Part shown: positions 35,201 through 64,000 of the stretch, piece after piece
How the letters are laid out: the number at the start of each line of letters is the position of its first letter
Numbering within the stretch: position 1 is the stretch's first letter
Assembly: GCF_009914755.1 (NCBI RefSeq)
Contig: NC_060931.1
Length of the DNA stretch: 64,000 nucleotides
Origin: the human T2T-CHM13v2.0 reference genome, Homo sapiens
Reading direction: 5' to 3' (one strand)
Notes under the pieces: model-generated
Databases searched by the model: none
Seen by the model: the letters and a program-made list of their open reading frames with translations, nothing else
Told to the model about the DNA's origin: nothing
Position numbers and translations under genes: made by a program

Positions 35201-38109
35201 AGCAGGCAGGCCGGGTAGGTGTGTGTGCGCGTGTGTGCACGCCATTGCGTGCCCCTGTCCCATGGGGGCGATGTCCGAGCATGCTCTGTGGAGTTGATGC
35301 GTGGCCCTGGAGTGTCCGGTGCTTCAGTGACCCGAGCTGCTGTGTGCGTGGCCTCCGTCCGCCCAGTCATTCTGGCCTGTCTGTGACTGCTCAGGGGGTT
35401 TGGGCAGAGTGGGTGGAAATGTCTTGCTGTACGAGATCCAGGCTTAGGTCCCTTCCCCTGTTATTTGTGTGGTGCTGGGGATGGCGGGGGTAGGGGGACG
35501 AGGGAGAAGCTTTAAGGGTCAAGCCTGAGCATCTGGGACACGAGCTGGGAGCTAAGCCTCATCGGAAGAAGCCGGGTAGGCTGGCCTGGGAAGGTTCTTG
35601 GAGGCAGCAGCCCTCTAGAGTGTGAGGAAAATGTTGGGATTGCAGGTGCGCTCCCCTGGGGCCCCAGGGCCCCTGACTCTGAAGGAGGTGGAGGAGCTGG
35701 AGCAGCTGACCCAGCAGCTAATGCAGGACATGGAGCATCCTCAGAGGCAGAATGTGGCTGTCAACGGTGAGCCCACCCCACCGGGACACCCCCACCCTGC
35801 CCCCACATCACGGTGGGGGCCAGGGCTGTGGCTCCACTCCCTATCTGAGCTGGCTGATCCCTCGCAGCTCTACATACTTCCTTCTATTTACTGCTGTCTT
35901 CTCTGGCCTTCCCAGAACTCTGCGGCCGATGCCATCAACCCCTGGCCCGGGCGCAGCCAGCCGTCCGCGCTCTAGGGCAGCTGTTCCACATCGCCTGCTT
36001 CACCTGCCACCAGTGTGCGCAGCAGCTCCAGGGCCAGCAGTTCTACAGTCTGGAGGGGGCGCCGTACTGCGAGGGCTGTTACACTGTGAGTCGGGCTGTG
36101 CTGGGCTGTGCTGGGCTGTGCTGGGCAGTCGGGCCCTGGAAGCTTGCTGTGGGGTGCCGGTTCCCTGCCAACCTCCTCCTGCTGCCTCCTCAGGACACCC
36201 TGGAGAAGTGTAACACCTGCGGGGAGCCCATCACTGACCGCATGCTGAGGGCCACGGGCAAGGCCTATCACCCGCACTGCTTCACCTGTGTGGTCTGCGC
36301 CCGCCCCCTGGAGGGCACCTCCTTCATCGTGGACCAGGCCAACCGGCCCCACTGTGTCCCCGACTACCACAAGTGAGGACCTGCCACCTGCCTTCTGGGT
36401 TCCCGGCGTGCTTGGTCTGGTAGCCCGGCTGCTTGCTACCCTAGCCTCAGGACAGCCCCAAACCCCTGGTGGTGTTTTCTGGTCCCATGTCCTGTCTGTA
36501 AACAGCAGGGACCAAGTCATCGGGATGTAGCTGTCCAGGGGCCTTAGGCCTGGGCATCGAGTCCTGCTGCTGTCTGGTCCCTCCCTCGCCCTTGATCACT
36601 GAAGCTTATTGTGGGTGTATGTCAGCATTTCGTGAAGTGTGCTGGAGTGACTTCATCTCACACACAGGCTGGGTTCTAAAAGTTCTTTTGGAGATCAGCT
36701 GTTTGGATTTCTGGTTTCTCCCCAGAAATAGTGTTTAGAAGGTGGCTACTTTTTCAGGCTGACCCGCAGAACCTCAGTGCAGCTGTGGGAACAGTGCAGA
36801 ATCTGACCCCCACCTCTGACAGAGTGTTTGGGTAAACACTTTCAGGATTCCATCTGGGGTGGCCACAACTTCACATCCCTCCACAGTGCCAGACAGTCAG
36901 GGCAGAGGCAACGTGCATGGGGGTGGGAGGATTGGGGGAAGGTGAGGGTCAGGGACCCAGGATGGGATGGGAGGGGTACCTCAGGGCTGGCTTTCTGCAG
37001 GAGCTGCAGTGTGAATGGGACAGTAAGGGTCGAGTGGGAGAGAACACCGTGGCAGGTGTGTGGGAGGCTCCCTTGCTTTGGGAGAGTGACTGGTGAGGCA
37101 GGAAATTCCCTTTGATGAGGGCCAGTCATGGTGTCTCACTCTTAGGCCCTTCTGGTGAGCTTCCTTCACCTGGAGATGCAGGGCAGAGAAGTCTGCTTCC
37201 TTGCTGCCCAACCTGGCTTATGCGTGCGCACACCGGGGATGAAAGCCCTGGCTAACTCGGCTGGCCCTTTCTGCCCCTTCCAGGCAGTACGCCCCGAGGT
37301 GCTCCGTCTGCTCTGAGCCCATCATGCCTGAGCCTGGCCGAGATGAGACTGTGCGAGTGGTCGCCCTGGACAAGAACTTCCACATGAAGTGTTACAAGTG
37401 TGAGGTCAGCCATCCCTCTGGACTCCTTGGGCAGGTTCTGACCAGGAGGTGGCGGGAGATGCTGCTTACTAACTGGGAGGTGGAAAGCACCAGCATTCAG
37501 GAAACAGGGCTGTGATTTTGAGGGTGGCTCATGGTGGCACCCCATCTGTCCTGCCAGAATGCTTCCTGCCACTGCAGGAAATGGGGCTGTGGGGCTTCTG
37601 AGGTCACTTTGAGTCATGGATAAGCCAAGAAATGGGACAAGCCAATAGGAGAGAAGAAGGGCATGGTGTTTTACCGTGGTAGGGGATGGGGAAACAGGAG
37701 CTGAGAGAAGAGGTCTTCGAATGGAGGTGAGCCAACCTCTATTTTATTAGGGTGGTGGTGGGCAGGGGAGCAAGCACCTTGGGAGCAGCTCTACCCACTG
37801 CTTGCCCTCTTGCAGGAAGGTCCTAGTGGGTGACTGGAAGTAGGATAGGGATGGGGAGTTGGGTGTGGCTGGAAAAAGCGATGACACCAGCTCTGAGCCA
37901 TGAAGCATCTTTCTAATTCCAAGATGGAGCTGGATGGGGTGGGGTAGGGTGGAGCAGAGCAGGGGCCTTCCGGTCCAGTGCCCCTCACCCTTCCTTCTTC
38001 CCAGGACTGCGGGAAGCCCCTGTCGATTGAGGCAGATGACAATGGCTGCTTCCCCCTGGACGGTCACGTGCTCTGTCGGAAGTGCCACACTGCTAGAGCC
38101 CAGACCTGA
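28999..38109 (+). CDS. ZYX: Zyxin, 572 aa, join(28999-29206,29675-29874,30020-30112,30228-30749,35646-35766,35916-36085,36194-36372,37284-37404,38005-38109)
   Basis: 1719 nt in phase; [14 protein letters not shown]..., FPPPP repeats, NES, three LIM domains, ends CHTARAQT*. Confidence 0.98.
29675..29874 (+). CDS. ZYX: ZYX exon 3 (FPPPP-type EVH1/VASP ligands)
   Basis: CCCAG| ... |GTACGG. Confidence 0.96.
30020..30112 (+). CDS. ZYX: ZYX exon 4
   Basis: CTCTAG| [22 protein letters not shown]... |GTAAGG. Confidence 0.96.
30113..30227 (+). ncRNA. MIR6892: Mirtron MIR6892 (the whole 115-nt ZYX intron 4)
   Basis: 5' GUAAGGGACCGGAGAGUAGGA pairs with 3' UCCCUCUCCCACCCCUUGCAG leaving an AG overhang; both match miR-6892-5p/3p as I recall them. 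Confidence 0.85.
30228..30749 (+). CDS. ZYX: ZYX exon 5
   Basis: TTGCAG| VSSGYVPPP...AQNQNQ |GTGAGG. Confidence 0.96.
32730..33570. repeat. Degenerate (TG)n low-complexity tract split by an Alu
   Basis: Long TG/TGTG/TATG-rich run. Confidence 0.9.
33088..33371 (-). mobile_element. AluS
   Basis: T26 tail and reverse Alu; TSD-like TGGTGTGGTAT(T)ATCT. Confidence 0.9.
34552..34600. repeat. 22-bp tandem repeat GATCTTAAGGGAARATGGCTAA, about 2.2 copies
   Basis: Direct inspection. Confidence 0.85.
35646..35766 (+). CDS. ZYX: ZYX exon 6 (nuclear export signal)
   Basis: TTGCAG| [26 protein letters not shown]... G|GTGAGC. Confidence 0.95.
35916..36085 (+). CDS. ZYX: ZYX exon 7 (LIM1)
   Basis: CGRCHQP...[11 protein letters not shown]...YCEGCY. 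Confidence 0.96.
36093..36126. repeat. (GGGCTGTGCT)3 + GGGC intronic repeat
   Basis: Direct inspection. Confidence 0.9.
36194..36372 (+). CDS. ZYX: ZYX exon 8 (LIM2)
   Basis: DTLEKCNTC...[11 protein letters not shown]...HCVPDYH. Confidence 0.96.
37284..37404 (+). CDS. ZYX: ZYX exon 9 (LIM3, N-terminal half)
   Basis: QYAPRCSVC...FHMKCYKCE. Confidence 0.96.
38005..38109 (+). CDS. ZYX: ZYX exon 10, coding part
   Basis: [37 protein letters not shown]. Confidence 0.96.
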   Translation, partial: DCGKPLSIEADDNGCFPLDGHVLCRKCHTARAQT

Positions 38110-38511
38110 GTGAGGACAGGCCCTCTTCAGACCGCAGTCCATGCCCCATTGTGGACCACCCACACTGAGACCACCTGCCCCCACCTCAGTTATTGTTTTG
38201 ATGTCTAGCCCCTCCCATTTCCAACCCCTCCCTAGCATCCCAGGTGCCCTGACCCAGGACCCAACATGGTCTAGGGATGCAGGATCCCCGCCCTGGGGTC
38301 TGGTCCTCGCCCATCCTGCAGGGATTGCCCACCGTCTTCCAGACACCCCACCTGAGGGGGGCACCAGGTTTAGTGCTGCTGCTTTCACTGCTGCACCCGC
38401 GCCCTCGGCCGGCCCCCCGAGCAGCCTTTGTACTCTGCTTGCGGAGGGCTGGGAGACCCTCCAGGACATTCCCACCCTCCCCCATGCTGCCAAGTTGTAG
38501 CTATAGCTACA

Positions 38512-38517
38512 AATAAA
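38512..38517 (+). terminator. ZYX poly(A) signal AATAAA
   Basis: First AATAAA about 400 nt after the stop codon. Confidence 0.85.
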
Positions 38518-38610
38518 AAAAAACCTTGTTTTCCAGAATTCTCAGTAGTCAGCTCTTTTGTAGTGCCTGCAGCCCTCATGGGTGGGATGGAGGCAGAAAA
38601 TCAGTTCCTG

Positions 38611-38616
38611 TTTATT
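38611..38616 (-). terminator. EPHA1 poly(A) signal AATAAA
   Basis: TTTATT on the plus strand, about 270 nt after the EPHA1 stop. Confidence 0.8.
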
Positions 38617-38883
38617 TACAAAAATATATATATGTGTATGTATGTATATATATTAACCCCTCAGCTCCCTCCCATGATCATCCTTTTACTTCTACCCCCA
38701 CCTCCCTTTTAAAACAAAGAGGTTTTCTGGGGTGCAGAGCAGGGTTCTCCTGAAAGTGGGCAGAAGCAGCACCGATAGCCTAGTCTGGCAGGTTGTGGGA
38801 AGGGGCGCAGGGAGTGACCATGAGCGACCTTGGCCCCGTCCTTGCTCCTTGCACCCTGACTGGGCATGGGGTGAGAGGAGGGA

Positions 38884-56236
<17,353 letters not shown>

Positions 56237-57079
56237 AGCTCCGGGCCGGGACCTGGGACAGTGGCCCGGATGGCAGCGCCAGGTTGCAAGGGACTAGGAG
56301 AGCCGGGCGGGCCGGGCGGGGGCGGGGGGCGGGGCCAGCGCCGGGGGCGGAGTCCCGGCCTCACCTGGTTCACCTCCTTAAAGGGACAGTAGGGCAGGAA
56401 AGAAACTTGCTAGACTGGTAATCAAATTCAAGAACCGGAGGCGTCTTGACCCGAATGAGACTGCGGGCGCCGCCTAGTAGGTGGGATTAAGAATTGACGA
56501 ACCTTTTCCCAATTCTAATCCTAAACTCAACCCAATCTTGATCCAGCTTTTAACCTAATTCTACCTCTGACTTGAATTACACTCCTATATTCCTCTTTCT
56601 GTCTTTGTGCAGGCCCCAGAGCTGGGTAATAGGGCCGGGGAAGGCAAGGGGTAAGAGTCATATCTTCACCCTCTAGCAGGGGAGGCTTAGATGACCACAA
56701 TGCAAGGTGGGGTACAACCTGCAGTGAAGCATCTGGAGATTAGAAGAGGAAGCAAGCCCAGTCATCGGGGCACATTAGTTGAGTCTTCAGGGAGAGCTGG
56801 TGTGACCTGGGTTTTCAGTGGCAGAGATTGGGAAAGGCACCAGCAAGGGCCTGAAGGCAGGGAGCCTCAAGGTGCGCCCAGGGAGTGGTGAATGGACCAG
56901 TTTGACTGCTGGGGCGCAGGATTTGTCTTGGGAATCAGGGCAGAAAGGCAGGTGTGGGCCAGGGCTGGGTAAACAAGAAAAGGAGTTTGAACCTTGACAT
57001 GCACTTACACAGCAGACATGAATATCTGGTTAAGGTTCCAGCCACAGGTGGCAGGGAAGGATATTTTAACCCATCTTAG

Positions 57080-57450
<371 letters not shown>

Positions 57451-59921
57451 GAGACTTTCTTATATTCTATTTAGTAAATGTTTGTTCAGTTTCTGCTATG
57501 CATGCAGGAAGCTCTAGAAGCACCTAAGAACAGAAGGACAATGTCTTGCCCTATATAAGCTATTAATTTGGGGATGCTGGGGGTTGAGACATAAATAATT
57601 GCACAAATGATTGAAATGGCGGGCAGGAGTGGACCCCAGGCAAGGTACACACAGGGGTCACAGTAGCTCAAAGGGGAGTGATGCATTTACTAAAGAGGCT
57701 GGGGGTCCACTCCTGGCCCCTCCTTCTTTCGCTCCATCCCATCTGGGTAAATTGTTCATAATTTTTCTATCATTTACATTGTTGCACATTTCGGTACTGT
57801 GAATGAAGGGAGGTGGTGGATTATAGGTGCTTTTTCTCATTTTCAAAATGTAATGCTTCTCAGGTTTTTTGTTTTTTTTTTTTTGCTTTCTTATGCAGAT
57901 ACGTATATGACAAACACGGCCCATCATTTCTTGGCTCAGACTATCCTTATTTGCATAAATAAATGTAATTCATGTACATTGGTTAGGAAATTCATGTTGA
58001 ACATACAGAAACAAAATGGGAAGTAGAACCCTCTGCCCTCCAACACTCTAATTTCTGTTCCCCAAGTTAACCACCATCAACTGTTTCTTGTAAGTCCTCC
58101 CAGGATTGCTTCCTCGCTGTGTACACACCATCGTGTATTTTTCCCTCCCTCTCTCCCTCTACTCCCACACTTACATGCTTTTAAAATGTGTATACAGAGG
58201 GGCCATCTGACACACATTGCTCTGCACCAGAGGCCTCTTTTCTAATGTTAAAGACTCCAGGAAGGAGGAGGAGGCTCACGCTGGCTGGCGGGGGTCAGAG
58301 CTTTGTGATTTCAGCAGGGAGGAATGGGCGAAGGGTGCAAAGCCAACAGAAGGGGGGAAATGGAGCAAGCGTTGGACAATTGCTGCTAGGACATAAGCCA
58401 GACTGTGGTGAGGTAATGCGTGTGCTTGCTGCTGCAGTTTGTTAAAGTTACAAGACCCTTGGGACTCCAGAGGGTGGGGGGTGGGGGGTGGGTGTGCGGA
58501 GTGGGGGAGACTGCTCCATGCAGTGAGACATGGAGTCTAGAACCCTGGAAAAAAAAGTCTTGCTTTTTGTTTTAGGATAGGCTCTTTATCCTGGTCTGAA
58601 AGTCTCTGCATATGGGGAATGAATGTCCACTTTCTGTCTCCTTTCAGGATTATCTTGATTTGACATTTTCTGGTTAGTTTGTCATGAGAGGAGGCACATC
58701 TTCAAGTTTAGTCTCTGTTCTTAACTAGCAGTACAACTTTTGTCAAATTATTTATGTTCTCTGGACCATGGTTTCAGTTTCCCTAGACCTAGATGATTTC
58801 TGAGGCTATATTCAGGGATGGTCTCAGAAAATAAAAAGCTAGCAGGATTTTGAGTCAGGAGACTTTGGCCAGTTCCCTTAGCCATAATGTGCCTCAGTTT
58901 CCTTAGCTATAAAATGAGATTAATCACGTCCACCCCACAGAGTCAGTGTAATGATCAAAAGAGGAGAAAGTGCTTTATGAACTGTAAGGTACTGAGCAAA
59001 TGTTAATTGGCTAGGAGAATGGTGGAGGCTAGGAATTGCTGGAGTTCTCCTGCAGGCCTCCCAGCTTGCTCCCAGAGCAGAACAACCTCAATTACTAAGA
59101 CATCATTATTTTTCCATTCCAAAATCAACTTTACTGAGGGACAACTTGCATAAAATAAGTTGCAGCCATTCCAAGTGTACGGTTCAATGGGCTCTCACAA
59201 ATGTATATGCACCACCACCTCAGTCAAGATGCAGAGCAGTTTCAGCATCTAAAAACATTCACTGGTGCTCCTGTGAATCAATCCCACCTCCAGCCTTAGG
59301 GTTTCTGTCCATTTGGGTGAGTTTTATCCTTTCCAGAATTTTATGCCGTCTCTGGACTCTGGGTCTTTCTCTTTAGTATGATGCTCCCAAGATCCATCCT
59401 TCTAAGACTCATCCTTCTAAGATCCATCTTTCTTGTTGCCTCCATCAACAGTTTCTCTTTTTCGATGCTGGGCAGTATTCCCTATAGAGATGCCCTAAGA
59501 CATCATTTAAAATTACAAAATCAAACCCCAAAACTCCTCCTTTTTTTTGGTCCCCTAGGAACCACAGGCCTCGTAGCAGACAGGGCCTCCCAGAGGGACA
59601 CCTCTTTCCCCTTCTGGCGTCTGGCCCTGTTCTCATTCTGCAGTCAGAAAGGAAAGCCTGCAGAGTCCCTGCAGCCCAGGCTGTGGCTTGTTCTTACAAA
59701 CTTGACGTTAACACTACCCTGTTCATATTATTCCCCTTCTACTCCCTACCCAGCTCCTTTCTGACTGAGGATAAGGTGAAATTACACCCAGCCTAGGTCA
59801 TGGTCTTGTATATCCATAGGCTCTGGTCAAAATGCAACCAACATCACCAGCAGGGTAACCCAGGATGTTGCTAGCAACTACTATGAGAGAATTAGTACAA
59901 ACTAATTTTTTGGACTAGTAT

Positions 59922-60475
59922 TGTCAGAGGCATGTGAACCAGAGCAACTCCATCTTGAGTAGGGGCTGGGTGAAATGAGGCTGAGATCTACTGGGCTGCA
60001 TTCCCAGACAGTTAAGGCATTCTAAGTCACAGGATGAGATAAGAGGTAGGCACAAGTTACAGGTCATAAAAACCTTGCTGATAAAACAGTTTGCGGTAAA
60101 GAAGCTGGCCAAAACCCACCAAAACCAAGATGGCCACTAGAGGGTCCTGGGGTCGTCTTCACTGCTACACTCCCCCCAGCACCGATGACAATTTACAAAT
60201 GCCATGGCAACGTGAGGAAGTTACCCTATATGGTCTAAAAAGGAGAGACGTGAATAATCTACCCCTTGTTTGGCATATAATCAATAAATAACCATAAAAA
60301 TGGGCAACCAGCAACCCTGAGGGCTGCTCTGTTTATGGAGCAGCCATTCTTTATTCCTTTATTTTCCTAATCAACTGGCTTTTACTTTACTCTATGGACT
60401 CACCCTGAATTCTTTCTTGCATGAGATCCAAGAACCCTCTCTTGGGATCTTGATCCAGACCCCTTTCCTGTAACA
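59922..60475 (+). mobile_element. Solo LTR MER41A-like, 554 bp, 4-bp TSD GTAT
   Basis: TG...CA termini, perfect GTAT direct repeats, homologous to 17794-18338. Confidence 0.9.
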
Positions 60476-60749
60476 GTATCAAGTCCCCTAGCAAGGGCCC
60501 TCATGGATGGGACCCAAACGACTTTGGTTGGCTGTTGTGGGCCAGCCCAAACTTGCAGGCAGCAAAATCCAGGAGACCGTGTGGGCTGTGGGAGGGAGGA
60601 AATGGCACTTACCAGTACAGCCTTCTGGTGGATTCTGCACGTCTTTAATCATAAGCCTAGTTAGGTCCTTCCCTTTCCTTCTTGTCTGTGTTCTTACCTA
60701 TCTGTTCTCTGATCCCCATTTACCACCAGGCAACAGGGGCGGGGATAAT

Positions 60750-60970
60750 AATAGTTACCACTTATTACAGCACCTACGCAGGCTGCCGCACTTCACATAC
60801 ATCGTTTCATTGACTTCTCACACCAACCCTCGGAGGAAGGTATCATTAGTCTCATTTTATAGGTGGAAAAATCTGAGACACCGGGAATTAAAGTAGTTCA
60901 AAGTCACTCAACTGCAGAACCAGGATTTAAACCTAGTTCTGTCTGACTCCCAGTCCTGTGGCCTAACCTC
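60750..60970 (-). mobile_element. MIR
   Basis: CATTTTATAGGTGGAAAAATCTGAGACAC...AGGATTTAAACCTAG MIR core. Confidence 0.7.
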
Positions 60971-61375
60971 TATTCAGGGTTTCAAGAAGCAGAGATGTTA
61001 GCAAACACCTCACTTTTGTTTTACTACCCCGCCCCCCACCTGAGAGTAATATCCTGACTTAAAACACCACGGAGTGGATTTGCCTGTTTTTAAACTTTAT
61101 GAAACGGAATCATCTGATATGCATTCTTTGGTGTCCGAGTTCTTTCATTTACCGTTACGTTTGGAAGATGTATTCCTTGGTTGTGTGTGGATTCAGTCTC
61201 ATTGCTGTATGGTATCCCACTGTATAAAGAACACCTTATTTTTAAAAACTTCTTGACCTGTGGTTAAACAGGTTTAGGTTCTACCTTTGAATTGCTACAT
61301 TGAGCGACTTTCATGGTTTATCCGGCTTATCTGTGTCTCTGAGAGGTTTAATCTTTCCAAACAAAACGTACTTCC

Positions 61376-61666
61376 TTTTTTTTTTTGAGGTGGAGTCTCG
61401 CTCTGTCGCCCAGGCTGGAGTGCACTGGCGCAATCTCGGCTCACTGCAAGCTCCGCCTCCCGGGTTACGTCATTCTCCTGCCTCAGCCTCCCGAATAGCT
61501 GGGACTACAGGCGCCCACCACCACGCCCGGCTAATTTTTTGTATTTTTAGTAGAGACGGGGTTTCACCGTGTTAGCCAGGATGGTCTCCATCTCCTGACC
61601 TCGTGATCTGCCCGCCTCGGCCTCCCAAAGTGCTGGGATTACAGGCATGAGCCACTGCGCCCGGCC
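61376..61666 (-). mobile_element. AluY with TSD GTACTTCCTTTTT
   Basis: CpG-rich, Y-diagnostic positions, flanking direct repeat. Confidence 0.93.
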
Positions 61667-61682
61667 GTACTTCCTTTTTTAA

Positions 61683-62008
<326 letters not shown>

Positions 62009-62504
62009 TCCTAACAACTTTTTAATTGATTAAAAGTATGCAGAGGCGGTCTGTAAGCAGTGCCACAGGTCCCAATTATACACCCTCCCCCTTAAACCCT
62101 GCATGTCCTCCCTTCTTCCAGTCAGTTTGCTAAGAGGAAGACACCCGATACTGTTTAGGAATCTGTCTTCTTGCTAGAAATAGAACTGTTTTGAGATAGA
62201 GGCGGTTGGAAGTTTTCTCTGAAGTGTCAAAAGCAAAGTTATATTTTAGAAGATTTTAATATTGTCACTTCATAGCCAAGTGATCTTGGGCAAATCACCT
62301 AGCTGTTTTGAGACTCCGCTTCCTCATCTGCAAAATGGGGGAAATGATGATAATGTTGTTGGTCATAGTATATGAGAAAAGTACAAATATGAGAAAGTGT
62401 ACAAGCAAAAGCTTCTGGTGGCACCATGCAATTTAAGGATACATGTTTTTTATTTTTGTGTCCTCCTGTACAGGTTTATTTGCAAGATGGGTTTGAGGGA
62501 ATTA

Positions 62505-62779
<275 letters not shown>

Positions 62780-64000
62780 CTAAGAGAGATCACTTTCGAC
62801 CCATTTACATTATGATGCAATATGAAAATAAAATAAATACCACTCTAACATTTTCAGGACATATGGCAATTCTCCCTGTGCTGATTTTTTTTAAATGTAT
62901 CTCTGCAGTATTAACATCCTCTAAATCATTCTCTTTGTTTTAGAGACAAGAAGGTAGTTGACAAGCTGTGAACCTGCATTGCATTCTAGTGATGGGACAC
63001 GTGGAAGGGGAAGCTGAAGTTGAAGGGTGGATGGTAGCAGCCACAGGGAGTGAGATGGGCTCGTTTCTGGAGCTGTTGGGAGAGAAAAAGGGAGTCAAAC
63101 GGGAATTCACACAGGGTTGTGCATTATATCCAAGTGTGTATTCAGATACAAGCCTTTATCTCAATACCTTCCTTACCCCCATTCCGCACATATCTCATAC
63201 CAAAGTACAAATAAAACCATTCCCAATTGTTCTAATATTTCATTTGATTTCTTGAGTCATGAAATGAAAATGTGGAGGGGTTAGTCATGTGAAGTGGCTG
63301 TGACTCAAATATCTTACGATGATATTTGTGCGCGTCTCATGAGAAATCATTGTGTTTCCACCTGAACTTGTTTGCTTGACTGCCTGAGAAGATAGTGTTG
63401 CTAACCTGAGAAGTTAATACGCTGCCTTAATGCTTGGGCTGGTAGAAGTGAGGGAGGGAAAGGAAGAGAACAAATGTGTCTCAGTGAACTGGGGCATGAC
63501 AGAAATTTAATAAGAACAGGTTGAGACAAGTGTTAAATACTGGAATCCCCCGGGAGCACAGCGATAGCTTGGTCCTTGTCAAAAAGTGTACTGGTTGGAG
63601 CTCAGGAGGGAAAGAGAAAGTGATAAATCAGCCATGTCTTGAAGTCCATTTTAATTTAGCTAGCCTGCGAGAAGAGAGGGCTGAAATAAACTATCAGCTC
63701 TGTCTTCTGCATTAAGCAAGCATAATTTATTTGAAAAACATTCAGTTTTATTTCTAGCTAGGCTAGGAGTTCTTGTAACTTCTACAGAGGGTTGGGAAGA
63801 AGATCGGCATAACCCATGCTTACTATTTGAAGTTACTGGTTCTGTTGTCAGGAGGTAATATTATATTGTTGTCTTGTAAAAGAAGTATTTGATAAGTATG
63901 GGACCTCTTAATTGGGCACAGATTGGATTTCTTTTACATTTTGCTTTGAAGAAGTTATTTATAAAGGGATCGTAATAGGGTAATTTATATCTTTTTCTAA

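Overview
Human genomic DNA, recognisable as the 7q34-35 FAM131B-ZYX-EPHA1 locus. Three complete multi-exon genes were rebuilt from GT-AG junctions: FAM131B (minus, 7 coding exons, 1083 nt, 360 aa), ZYX/zyxin (plus, 9 coding exons plus a non-coding first exon, 1719 nt, 572 aa) and EPHA1 (minus, 18 exons, 2931 nt, 976 aa). All exon phases join without frameshift. ZYX and EPHA1 are tail-to-tail, with 93 nt between their poly(A) signals. The window also holds the mirtron MIR6892 (ZYX intron 4), probable exons of the lncRNA EPHA1-AS1, three CpG-island promoters, about 22 Alus, two solo MER41A LTRs, and MER21, MER33, L1, L2 and MIR remnants. Repeat subfamily calls and gene or variant names are from memory, not a database search. 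I found no new protein-coding system. The best leads are regulatory: a mirtron-like hairpin in the last EPHA1 intron, a strong-Kozak in-frame uORF and a (GGC)10 repeat at the FAM131B 5' end, an 18-bp palindrome abutting the ZYX poly(A) signal in the convergent terminator, a 52-bp tandem duplication upstream of ZYX, and inverted Alus flanking EPHA1 exons 15-16.
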